From: Takakia lepidozioides
Taxonomy: Eukaryota; Plantae; Bryophyta
Length of the DNA stretch: 64,000 nt
NCBI GenBank assembly: GCA_030704615.1
Contig: CM060734.1
Coordinates: 13,888,001 to 13,952,000 of the forward strand
Direction of reading: 5' to 3'
The position numbers and the translations under genes were made by a program. Below the pieces are notes generated by a model. It was given only the letters and a program-made list of their open reading frames with translations, searched no databases and was not told the DNA's origin. Shown piece by piece: positions 24,619 to 36,500 of this stretch (the stretch's first letter is position 1; the number at the start of each line of letters is the position of its first letter).

Positions 24619-24944
24619 GAAAAAGAAGAAGAATACAAGCACGAGCTCATGCGAGCTCACAAAGCTGAAGCATAAACTCATGCATATATAACCTCATCAC
24701 TCAAATACAAGTCAAGCCAAGTGCACCCCACGCCATGGGGAATCCACACTACGGCGCCATAGCTAGGCGCGGTGAGGCTCAACTCGAGAAAGATGAGCCT
24801 CCCGCGCTTGCCGTGAAGATAACCACTCCAGGGCCTAAATCTGCCTTGACCCCTGGATTGACACTTGGGCCAATCCCAAATGTCAATATGTAAAAGATAG
24901 CTATTTCCTAGCTAGTTTCACACTAGTGGTAAAATAACTTGACA
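24619..24944 (-). repeat. Split direct repeat X, 5'-terminal copy; candidate promoter
   Basis: Begins TGTCAAGTTATTTT in element sense. A TATA-like TTATATAT lies at 24691-24684, about 65 bp before the end of X. It is not followed by Y. Confidence 0.9.
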
Positions 24945-26125
24945 AGGTGGATGAAATTGGGATTTCAACCCCCCTGGATGGAAATTTCGGCGCCGCATTT
25001 CCATCCGGAGGGAGGAAATGTTCTGCCAAGTAGGCCTCTCGCCCCCCGAAATAATTTTCATCCAACTCCTCCCGGACGGAAATTCGGCGCCGCATTTCCA
25101 TCCGGGAGGATGAAGTTGGGTGCCGAGGCTGCCCTTGTGGTGGGGGCAGTGGCAGCGAATAGGAAAGGGGGCTGAAGCACCCTTGAGTGCCGAAGGCACT
25201 CAAGGAGGCAGAGGCGCTCACTAGGTGGAGCCCCGTAAACCGGGTTGCGGTGGTGGGGGCTCCACGAGGGGTGGTGGTAGCGTAGGGAGTCGTAGTGGGG
25301 GTGGCATAGGACTCACCATGAGGCTGAGGCCTTGTGGTGGGGTGTCTTGGGACTCACCGCGGTCCATTGGGGCCGTGGTGGGTGGGCCAAAGACTCACCG
25401 CGATTCACCCCGGAAAGTTGAGGGTCTAGGAGGTGGTGCATCAGATTTGGACTGGGCTACTTGTGGAACCCCCGCAGAGTGGCCCTCTCTTCCCCCGAGA
25501 TCATTTTATCCGACCCCTCTGGATGGAAATTCGGCGCCGCATTTCCATTCGGGAGGATGAAGCTGGGTGCCAGGTGTTCTCTTCCCCCGAGACCATTTCA
25601 TCAGACCCCCCCTTGATGGAGATTCCGTGCCGAATTTCCATCCGGGGGGATGAACTTGGGTGCCAGGTGACCCTCTCTTCCGACGAGATCATTTCATCCG
25701 ACCCCGCCTGGATGGAAATTCGGCGCCGCATTTCCATCCGGGGGGATGAACTTGGATGCCACCTGGCCGGCTCTCCTCCCTAAACGACTTCATCCAGCTC
25801 CCCCCGGATGGAAATTTGGCACCGCATTTCCATCCGGGGGGATGAAATGTTCTGCCAAGTGGGCCTCTCGCCTCCCAAACGATTTCATCCAACTTCCCTT
25901 GGGTGGAAATGCGGTGCCGAATTTCCATCCTGGGGGATGAACTTCGGTGCCAGGTGGCCCTCTCTTCCCCCGAGACCATTTCATCCAACCCCCCCTGGAT
26001 GGAAATTCGGCGCCGCAATTCCATCCGAAGGCCTCAAGTTGGGTGCCAGCTATGCTTCTCTCCCCCCGAGAAGATTTCATCCAACTCCCACCGGATGGAA
26101 ATTCAGCGCTGCATTTCCATCCAGA
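24945..26125. repeat. Palindromic ~90-bp tandem repeat array, right part
   Basis: About 9 copies of GGATGGAAAT-TCGGCGCCGC-ATTTCCATCC with spacers such as GGGGGATGAACTTGGGTGCCAGG..CTCTCTTCCCCCGAGACCATTTCATCC. Confidence 0.9.
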
Positions 26126-26331
26126 GGGCTTGTTTGGCGATCTCTTGCGATATGCTATCATCCTAGAATTTCATTGGCTGGGGGAGATGCGCCGTTCAGG
26201 CTATTGGAGTGTGGCTCAAACTTGATGTAGCGGTCAATTACCCGTACATGCGGCTTGTGACCCCACTGGGTATAGATACTCGGGTTTTTGTAGGTTATGA
26301 GAACCATACCATTGTGTTTTGTCTTCTCGGT

Positions 26332-28055
26332 TCAAGCGACTCTGTTGAAATGAAGTTGTAGGATGTTGTCTTTGCCGAAAAGAGAGTGTAACGCTGCTTT
26401 TATGTCGGCTTGAGAGTGCAGTTGGTTCAGGCCCTTCACGATCAGTGTGAGGGCATCACGTTCAGCAACCGCTTCCTGGGGTGTTGCAAAGATACCCGTC
26501 ATGCTAGTCTTGCGATTTCTGAATTGAGGTTTGATTAATGTGCGTTCAACACGTACACCTTGGACTAGCATCCTCTGCTTGGTGTCATCCGCTGCCAGAC
26601 AGATGAAATAGTACTTTGATTCTAGGCTAGCCTTGTGAACGTAGATAATTTCAAATTTGTCCCCATGTGTGTAAGTTTTCATAATAATGTGCATGGTGAG
26701 CTTGCTGCCAATCGTGCTCGCAAGGGCTTTGCTTGTCATGTACAATGACATGTAATCCGATGAGGCGAGGAGGTCGTACGCCTTCTCAACTTTCCCTTGG
26801 ACGAATACTCGAGATGTCATCTGCATTACAAAGGGGCGGTCTCCCTTCAGTAAGGTGAGACCATCCGTAGAGGGGTGTAGTAGCTCAACTTTGAGGAGGC
26901 CTGACTACAATTGGCTAGCGTGTTTAGAGTATGCCATAATGGGAGAATACATTCTGGTCCCGATAGGGATGTTCATTTCCTCAAAGCGTTTCTTGGCCCG
27001 ATAGAGGGCTTGCTCCTTGGGCATCTCCGTGTCTCGATCAAATCGTATCGTGATATGATACGGCTCTGTGGGGAGGCCCAATTCAGGGTCAATTTTGGTG
27101 CCTTTGGGGAGCTGGGTTAGTGGGTAGAATTGCCCGTCCTTCCCGTCGGGTCGTACCGCTGGAAAGAAAAGTTGGGCTTGAAACACCCACCAATCTTCAA
27201 GTTCATATGGTCCAATAATCAACCATAAAAAATAAACAAGCGCCAATTGCACGTGAAAACTATGTTTCAACGCGTAGCATAATTTTTTGATCGGGAACAG
27301 ATCGACGCCACGGGCTGAAACTCCTTCCACATCATCTTGTCTCCCTTTTAACCACATTATAAAAATCCCTCCACAAGCAGCGCTCGATTCCGGCTTCGTC
27401 CTGTTCACTGAAGGTACTTAACACAGCAAAATCCCAGTCGGCCGCTACCACTAGATAAAACCTCTTTAGGATTTTTTATAGGAGACCAAGACTCCTTGGA
27501 AGCTCCTGGAATTGCTTTGAGACAATGGCGTAACTCGTGGATTTTGGATGCATGTATGTCCATGTGTTGGAGTTCAAATCCTGATCTTGACTCTGTAGCA
27601 AATGGCAGTCCCGTATCGATTGCATGTTGTTCCAATATTGGGCCATAGCCCAGCCATAGCTGCGGCGTGTCGGGGTAGCTAGCAATTTCCATTTGTCGTG
27701 GTGTGAATTGAGCATCTCGGCCCCGTGACTTCTTGGAGTCAGAATGAGAGCTCCCTGTATCACTGTTGAAAGTGCTGGATGTACATTTGGTGTGCAAATT
27801 AACTGCAAGAGGGCCTGCCGGTGGAGCGAGAATCACTGGTCGTGGGATTTGTTGAAGGTCAAGCTGCTTTGACATGGGTGGTGGTGTTTGTGCAGGGATG
27901 CCTGGCGTTGGACCTTGAGGGGCGACTGGCGAGATAAGGGTGAAGCGCATTTCGTATTCCCGTGCAGCTGCAAAGAACTGCTCGTCCGACAGGTGCATGT
28001 CACTGGCTTCCGTCTTGCCGTCCATATGGTGCTCCATGTCTGCCTCGCTCGCCAT
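26332..28055 (-). pseudogene. Disrupted ~500-aa ORF, possibly LINE ORF1-like (RRM-like C-terminus)
   Basis: Three listed ORFs join in one frame after removing 27219-27454 (giving PKEVLFIGPYELED) and reading through one TAG at 26905-26907. TLIVKGL...DIKAALHSLFG resembles an RRM. The family assignment is tentative. Confidence 0.45.
27219..27454 (+). mobile_element. 236-bp insertion with TC...CTAG ends (possible non-autonomous Helitron)
   Basis: Its removal restores the host reading frame without a TSD. The 5' end is TC and the 3' end is CTAG, but the 3' flank is A rather than T and the hairpin is weak. Confidence 0.35.
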
Positions 28056-30379
28056 GTGATGCTTATTGTTTGATCTGGTTCTGCGAACTACAATAGGGGG
28101 AACAAGCGATTTCGAACTACTAGAGGCCTTGCTTTTTTATCGAGTTTGTTTTGTATGCTACCAGCTCCTTTTTGGATGCCTCCTATCCTAGAACTAGACA
28201 TGCGTGGTGGTGCGTGGGGTGGGGAGGGTGAGGGAACGAGGAGGGCGATATGAGGAGCAGCTCTAATGGACGGGGGGAGGAGACTATAGATCTCAGGTGT
28301 GCGAGTGAGATTGGAGTGATGACCAGTACAAGGCCATGGCGAAGGAGCGGGAGTGTATGATGTGGGGGGTGGTCTCTGTGCGCTGCCAATAGGATTTGTG
28401 GGGGGTTAGCAGCTGGAGAATTGGTTGCGGACTGCTATTATGGTGACCGTTGTTCGATTAAGTGAGGGCGGCGGTTGCATGGCGGCTAGGTGTAGAGAGT
28501 TATGGTGTGGTTTAATCCAGATGCTGGGCAGGGGTGGTGCGCCGGCAGAGGTGAGCGTATCTTGAAACGACAATTGCATGAAAGTGGGGGGCATGGCAGT
28601 GCCAGGGTGGGGTAGTAAAGTTGGCCAGGCAGAGTCTAGATTTCGGAGGCGGTTATTAAACCAGCGTGGAATGATGTTTGGGATTGACTTAATGGGGGGG
28701 GGGGCAAGAGCTATACCCAACCCACGCTGGGGCCATCCATCTCTTGTCAATACAGAACCCATCACCTATCCTCAACCCAAGCTTAGTTGATTATTCCATT
28801 ACCCCAACACACCACAGTAATATGCATACACACCTCTAGGTATTTAATTGGTCACCACATAAGCAAAGTCATCCTCACGGTAACAAGGCACCCCCGCGGT
28901 CCCTGTATCGATGCTATCCGTCTGCTGCCCACCTAGGAAGCTTATATGCATTCCAAGTCACTAGATTCATGCCACAACCTAGGCCTGCCACATTCAGCCA
29001 TGATCGGTAGCAGTAATGTGAGTTTGTTTTCTTTAGATACCGCTCATGGCCCAATGATTTCTATAGGGGGTATGTCATGGACGGAGGGAGATTCGTGGGT
29101 GGTAGGTAGTACGTAGCAAGATTGTTGCGATATTTTCGGTAGTCGTGACTTTGCATAGGGACACAATGTACAAAAATTTGGGGTGAGAACCGTTCGCAAG
29201 AATATATGTTTGGCACAGGTATCCAGAGATTCCAAGTATCAATTGGGAGAGTTTTCATACATATCAAGTGGTCTCTATAGGAAATATAACATGAGGGGGA
29301 ACGAGGATTAGTACAGAGGGCTACGTATGGGGGGCAGAGTCTAATGGATGAGTAATGATATGTATAGTTGGTGTAGCTGGGGGGGGGATATTGGCACGTG
29401 TCGTAAAGGGTGCGTAGCAGTAAACATATGGTCTAGACAAAAGCTAGAGGGTATTGCAATCTTGAATATTTAGGCATCAGAGATTCCGTTCCGTGGGGAG
29501 AGAACCGTTCGTAGAGATATAGGATTGGCATGCGGGGCCATGGAGTCTAGGCCTCAATTAGGAGAGCAGTAATACATGGCGAAAGGTGTCTCTGGGGGAT
29601 TGGAGTGAGATGTAGTGGCTGCCAATCCACCATGAGAAGGCACCGCATAATGGTGTTCGAGGTGTGATCAAGACTCCTCCTTAGTAGGTCAGCACCTTCT
29701 TGGGTCATAACACGATAGACGGCAAACAGCCTTGGGTAACCAGATCGGGTAGGGGTTCGGGTGAGAGACTGCAAAGAACACGTCTTGGCGCAAGGTGTGT
29801 GCAAGCCCCGGCTTGGGCCTGTCAGGAATGACAGCAAAGTGCCATAGCGCCGCTTAAGGGGGAGTAACGAGATAAAATGGTTGTAAAAGAACTGAGTGAT
29901 CCGCTTGAAGTAGCTAAGGTAAGGTGTTGCAATGTCGAGCCTTAGACTTTTGGTGGGAAGAACACCATGTGGTGGAAGAAGGACATACCAGGTGATGCAT
30001 AGGTCGCCGTGTACGTCTCGCTAGTTGCTTCACCATAAAAATTAGACCTCTGGCAGAGAGCCGGTGAGTGTTGGGTTCTCTGGGAGTGGCGCCTTGGAGT
30101 TCCGTGCAGGCGGAGGTTGGAGGTTTAGTATTTCATGAGCGAGAAACCATGAGCCATGAGCCATGAGCCGCATGGGGTCTGTATTTTCCATGAGCGATGA
30201 GCAGACGAGCCATGAGCAGAGTTTTCGAACCTACCCCGAAGCAAACCCGAAGCCAGATTCCAGGTTCGGGATAGGCTCGAGATACGAGCAAAGCTGAAGG
30301 ACCAAAGTTATATCTCTAAAGATGACTAAATGTACGGTATTAGAAGGTGTACCACCACCTATACCCGTGCGGGCAAAAC

Positions 30380-31015
30380 GGAAAATGGACTGTCGAAAAT
30401 CCCGACTTCTAAAAAAATAAAAATGGAAAATGGACAGCCGGAAGTCTGTGCCGACCTCTCAAAAACAAAAAATAAATAAAAGTAAAAATTCGAAAATGTC
30501 CAGACGGAAGTCTGTGTCGACTTCTCAAAAAAAAAAAAAAAAAAACGGAAAATGGACAGCTAGAAGTCGGTGCCGACTTCTCAAAAAATAAAATAAAACC
30601 GGGAAATGAACAGCCGGAAGTCTGTGCCAACTTCTCCAGAAAAAAAAAAAAAAAAAAAACCTGAAAAGGGCACTCGGAAATCTGTGCCAACTTCTCAAAT
30701 AAAAACAAAAGAATAGAAAATGGGATTAAAAAACGGAAAAGGGATTAATAAAACGAAAAATGAGCAAAAAGAACGGAAAATGGGCAGCCGGAAGTCTGTG
30801 CCGACTTCTCAAAAAAAAAAAAAAAAAAACTGAAAATGGATACCCGGAAGTATGTGCCGACTTCCCAAAAGAAAATTTAAAAAACAAAATCTGAAAATGG
30901 GCACACGGAAGTCTGTGCTGACTTCTCAAAAAAATAAAAAAACAAAAAACAAACACCCGGAAGTCTGTGCCGACTTCTCAAAAAAACAAAACAAAAAATA
31001 AAAATAAAAATAAAA
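30380..31015. repeat. Tandem ~60-bp repeats with poly(A) spacers
   Basis: About 8-9 copies of GAAAATGGACAGCCGGAAGTCTGTGCCGACTTCTC-A(n), flanked by clusters of CATGAGC motifs (30130-30220, 31290-31540) suggestive of DNA transposon subtermini. Confidence 0.8.
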
Positions 31016-32188
31016 AACCCGCGGTCTTCACATGGCCAGGTTGGACCGCGGTTATAGAAGAAACACCTATTCCCGGGGTCGCCCCAACTCGTTTCCAAGA
31101 GCAAAAATGTTTTGTAAGTGGGCACCGACGCCCAAAATATGGGAAAATCCCGAACCTAGCTTTGCATCCGATTGATTGTTCTATGATGAGGGGAAATCGT
31201 GCACTTGTAACACTGAAAAACAGGTTCGGATGGTCGGAAATCTAGGAATATTCGCTTAAATATGCATTTTTTTTTTGGGGGGGGTTCTGCTCATGCTTTT
31301 TTGTGCTCACTGCTCATAGAAAAACAACCCCCGCTGCATGAGCCGCATGAGCCGTGAGCCGAAGTCTAAGACATGCCGTTTTCATGAGCGGACTTCTCCA
31401 AATTTGGAAATGCGGCAGATTAAAAAAGTATTAAAATAATAGTTTTTTTAATTTGTCATTGACTATTTTGGAATTTCCAGATCCTGTAATGCGGCGAAGA
31501 TATGTCGTGAGTCGCTCATGGTTTCGTAAATCTGCTCATGGAAAAAACCCACCGTGCAACGGAGGTTCATTAGGAAAATCCAGTATTCCACAGCAAAAGG
31601 ACGCCGTATACTGGCGTGTATAGAATATTCCGCGGTTTTATATGCCCTAATGAAGCTAACCCTTTTCTCGCGATTGTATGATCCCCATACAACAACACAG
31701 TCTGCAGTGCTTGAAAAATCTTGCTTCTTCCTGCATTCTGTGGGAAAGGTTTTGCCACTCCACTGTGAAATACGATGCCGAATTTCGATTCGTATGTGCG
31801 AGATTTATGAGGAGTTCACTGTTGTGGGCAGTTGGCGCCCAAAAGACTCGGTGCGACTATCTTACTATGACCAAAGTAGGTGCTGGTAGTTGCGGCCACA
31901 GTACTTCGAAATGCGGCGCCGCATTTCCTTGCTGGGGGTCGAATGAGGTATGCAAAGTTTGGGGTCAGGAGAAAAGTAACAATCCCCAAAAAAAATTCCA
32001 TGCACGTGGAAATAGAAGGCAATGACATATTAGTATACTAGTATGACCAAAATAGGTACTGGTAGGAGAGAGACACAACTCGAACAATTCTCTTGCCAGT
32101 CAGAGGTACTTACAGCAGTAAAGTTCAACTATAACTGAAACTTTGGAAAGGATGGGCGTAATATTGTCTTGTGCCCCGAAAACCAAGC

Positions 32189-32575
32189 TCACTGGTCCCC
32201 TGGATCCATATTCAGAAGAGTGAACACCTCGGCGGGGCTCAACGATGGTGCATGTATGTAGTAATGAGTGGTGGAATTACACCCGAGTCTTTTTAGGTAC
32301 ACGTAGTACAGATGTTTGGCAGGGCAATACGATGCCCCCTTCTTCGCCATGATCTGGAAGTCGGTGCAATTGCAGGTGGGTAATTTTGAAATGGTGATGG
32401 TGTACACCTCGTTGCGGACAACCGAGCCTGCCGTGACCATCTAATAAACATGCCCAAAGCCTGGTGGGGGCACTCTTTTGAGCTCTGGCTTGTACAGTTC
32501 ATCCCAAGTGCATTCCCCATCCTTGTCTCGTTCACTTTTGAGGGAGGTCGCCGTCTCCTCACTTTCCCCCAACGG
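32189..32575 (-). pseudogene. SWIM zinc-finger C-terminal part of a MULE-like transposase
   Basis: YTITISKLPTCNCTDF...CPAKHLYYV is SWIM-like (CxC...CxH with a one-residue offset). It continues the ORF that is cut at 50670 (see the inversion finding). Confidence 0.7.
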
Positions 32576-33512
32576 CACTACAGGAAAAGGGGGGGTTTTC
32601 GACGCCGCGGCGTCGTAAAACAGACCTTTTCGGGCGGGAAAAAAAAACCAAATTTGCGACGTTCGGGCGTCGCAAGCCCATCGCCAAAAAAACGTCGCAA
32701 ATTTACGACCAATGGGGGTCGCAAATATGCGAAACCGCGATTTGCGACGCCCGGGCGTCGGACAAAAAAATAAAAATAAAAATAAAACCTATTATGCAAT
32801 GCAGAATTAGCACCGTCCGGGGGTCGCAATGTGCGACGCCCCAACGTCACAATTTAAGGGGGTACATTTGAATTTAGGCAGGAAAATTTGAATTTGAAAT
32901 TTGAATTTCAAAAACTTGTTGACCATTGAATCCGGTTCTGTCTAATGGCGATATGTTCATTGTTCTACATATATCATGCAATGCATACTTGAATCTAAGA
33001 CCTCCACATTATAACATTTCTAAGACACTACAAACTAACCAACACACCTACGCTACATCTATGTATCACAAAAGCAATCTAAATATATATATATATATAC
33101 ATATAAAGAGTTCCTTCAAATTCCTTCAAGTTTCTTCTAAGGGGGTCTCTCTTGTGACGCTGGGGAGTTGCAACGTCCACATCCTTAGTGCCCAGCCCCA
33201 GCTCCAGCATCGTCGCCGTTGTTGTACCCCGCCACCGCCAGGCGCCCCAAGGGACGTCCTTGTGTGGACCTAAGCTGACCACAACACCATTGCGACCCCC
33301 TGTGGTGACGCCGTTGCGACCCCCTGACGTCGTAACGTTGGGCGGCCCCAGCGACGCTTTTGTGAAGTTGAGGGCTGCAAAGCCAAAAAAAAAAAAAAAA
33401 AAAAACTCCCACTGTGGTGATGCTGTTGCGACACCCTGGCGTCGCAGAGGCGCCCTTTGTGACGCTTTTGCGACGTCGAGGCGTCGCAACGTTTAAAAAA
33501 TATTTATTTATT
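32576..33512 (+). mobile_element. Non-autonomous CACTA element, left part
   Basis: Starts CACTACAGGAAAAGGGGGGGTTTTCGACGCC and has many GCGACG/CGTCGC subterminal repeats. The flank is CGG. Confidence 0.85.
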
Positions 33513-36500
33513 TCGTGGAGGCACTGGTGGACTGCCTAAGGACTGGCATGTGGTCTTGAAGGCCGAATTTTGAAGCTCGTGGAGGGCGGTTTGAGGAGTA
33601 TCTTCATGATATTCCCATGGTCATGCAAGTGAGGGAAGAGAGGAGAGGAAGAGTGTTGGGATGAGGGCATGCTGGGGTTAGGCATTGCTTTAGCTTCTCT
33701 TCCTCGTAGTTTCCACCCTCTCATTAGGCCAAGACCTTTCCGTAGGTGGAGGCAAGAGTCAGTCCGGGTTTGGGCTGGGGTGTCCTTGTAGGAGCAACAC
33801 CGGGGAGTTGTTTTTGGTGTGGGGGAGTTGTCGTTCTGATTTTGTGTGTTTGGATCCCCTCCATACCTGCATGCTTGACTGTGCACCATGCTAGTTTTGT
33901 GTGGGCGCTTGTTTTTATAGGTGATTGGTCCGGATTTGATCACTGGCCAGTCCTAGAGCATGCTGTCGATGGTGAGGCTGGGGTGATGACCAGCCAGACC
34001 ATCATTGTTTCTCCTGTGGTGAGGTTGGAGGTGATGACCAGCCAACCATAGGAGTGCTTGCGGTGGATGCAGGTACAGGTGTAGGCTATGTTAGGAACTT
34101 AGTATTCCAAACCATAAGCCGCAACAGGTTCTCTACCCGGTTACCTTGTGGAGAGGGGGTTAGGGACATGTTCATGACCGGTTGAGTGTCAACACGGAGG
34201 TGCCACTAGTTGCTGGGGACAGTGCCGGTTCGAGCACTAGCGATACTAGTGGGTACACGAGACGAGGTGTGCGGTTTAGGCCACCTTCACCTCCTGTGTC
34301 TTCTACGGAAGGTTCTGATTCGGATTGTGAATCAGGAGGACTCATACCGGCGGTGCAAGTTGTTTCTTTGCCATTGTTGTGGGACACAATGGAGGAGATG
34401 TATGGAGCTACCAAGGGGCCACGAAGGTACTCTGGGGCGGTGGGCACCATCGAGTTGGATGATTTTATCCAAGAGTTTGATAGTTGGTGTGATTTGCAGC
34501 AAATGCGCAATCCACAACTATTTACGCCTTTCATGGCATGGAAGGGGCTGTTTCAGCACCTAGAGGGGCCGCCTATGGATGATTACCATGAGTTCAGGCG
34601 GGGGCATGAGGTTGAGATCGAGGAGTGGAGGATGTACTGGTCACCCGACTATGTCTCCATCACTAGGGGCACTAGAGCCACGATGGCAGTGGCTACACCT
34701 GCCGCTGCACCGGCAGCTTCAGCAAGTAGCAGTGGGACTGGTGGTACAGTAGCTACGACGTCCACCCAAGCCACTACCGCACCAGCACTAGCATTCGTGC
34801 CTGCCTTCAACCCTGTTGTGGAGTTCTTCAAAGAGTTGAGAGGGAACTACCAAGGGGTGAGGACAGAGAAGTTGCGGAGCTTGCAAGAGTTCCAACGGAA
34901 GCCGACCGAGAGCTTGAGGGAGGCTTTCACTCGCATGAGGCGCTTGATAAATGTAACCCAAGGGGTTACGGAAGCTCAGGCAGTCCAATTCTGGTATGGG
35001 ATATTGGACAAGGAGCTGAGGAGAAGGGTGCAGGATGCAACTCTCCTACAAGCGGCCCAACCCACCTTAGCAAATGTGTTTTTGCTGGCAGAGCGGATAG
35101 AGCTCAACATGGTGGAGGAACGAGTGGTCACGTGGGATTTGCTAAGGAGACACCACGGGGTAGTGGTGCTCCTAGCCAACCACTACCTCAACGTGCTCAA
35201 GGCAACAAGGGGGCTCAGGTGAAGCTCAGGGAAGGGCAGAGAGGACCTCAGATGCAGGGGTCTCTCCCTTCATTTGCTGGCCAACAACGGGCGGATGTGG
35301 TGTGCTGGACATGTGGAGGACCCCATGTCAAGAAGGATTGCCCAGAGGGAGGCAAAGGGCCGGCACATGCACAGCCTGCACAATTGCAGTGTGGGCATTG
35401 TGGCAAGCACGGGCATGGAGAGGCCCAGTGTTATGGTTTGCATCCTGAGTTGCGCCCAGGCCAATTCCAAGGGAACAATGGTGGCCGGGGGCGAGGTGGA
35501 GCAGCCCAGAGAGGACGAGGTGGCCAGCCACGAGGTGCAGGCCAAGGGCAAGTTCAACATGGCCAAGGACGCGGAGGTCAAGGTGTTGACCAAGGCATGG
35601 CCAACCAGCTTCAGCAGCTAGAGCAGAGGCTCGCTGGGCTATAGCTCAGGTGGTACCGGCTCTAAGGCCGGATGGTCCACCTCCTGCTCCTGAGGGAGGA
35701 GATATGGGAGGCATGGGATTCATGTGTGGAGCAGCACTACCACTAGTGCAGGTGGAGTCTGCTGCAGCCGTGACTCGAGGAGCAGCACGAGTTCCTGAGC
35801 CACGAGGTGCAGAGGTGGAGTTGGATCCACGGCGTGGGGAGGCAAGCCGTCAGGCTAGGCTTCCTCAGTCATTCACATTGGCGGAGACAGTGTCGACGCC
35901 ATCCATGGCACCTAGTTCTCGCCCGACTGTTATCGAGGCGGAGGTTACTATGCCATTGGGGAGAGCTACACGGGTAGCACCACTACCTAGTGTCGTCAAG
36001 GCTACGGCAGCTAGTGTGCTGCTAGGAGCGGCCACATCTGTGTGCCAGGCTCCATTGTTCTCGGCTACCATGATTGCGACGCCGGGGGTAAGACTAGCTG
36101 AGGTGTTCAGGCTGGCAGCTACACTCTGTGAGAGTGGGGAGGTTACTTCATCTTCTGCGGAGATACTGGGAGGTGTAGTGCCGGAGGGATCCTTGGATTT
36201 GAGGGTCAAGACTGCCACGACGGCGCCATGGCAAGCTGCAGTTGTCAGGTTGATGCAGCTGCCAGCTAGGCCAGCCATTGAGCGCGCCATGGTGACACCT
36301 GGAGTTGTCATGTTAGACAACCAGGATGGCATTTTCTGTTTGAGTGGACCAGCAGGCAAGAGGTACCGGCCACTGCGGGTCTTGTTGGACTCGAGAGCTC
36401 AGCCATTGATGCTGGGCAGAGCTACTATTACAGGCTTGGGCCTCACGGAGGCGGATATGGAGCCTTGTCCTTTCCAGATACAGACGTCTCTGGGAGGATC

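Larger units (their letters stand above)
13417..24944 (-). mobile_element. Full-length Ty3/gypsy-type retrotransposon with C5 DNA methyltransferase, PHD finger and split direct repeats (11,528 bp)
   Basis: Termini are TGTC...GACA. The 4-bp TSD AGGT is at 13413-13416 and 24945-24948, and removing the element restores the flanking repeat unit CCATCC-AGGT-GGATGAAATTGG. Two intact in-frame ORFs have gypsy domain order (PR, RT, RH, INT). Confidence 0.96.

Noticed and set aside
24945-26125. CRISPR-like regularly spaced palindromes
   Set aside because: The spacers are homologous to each other, there are no cas genes, and the context is eukaryotic.
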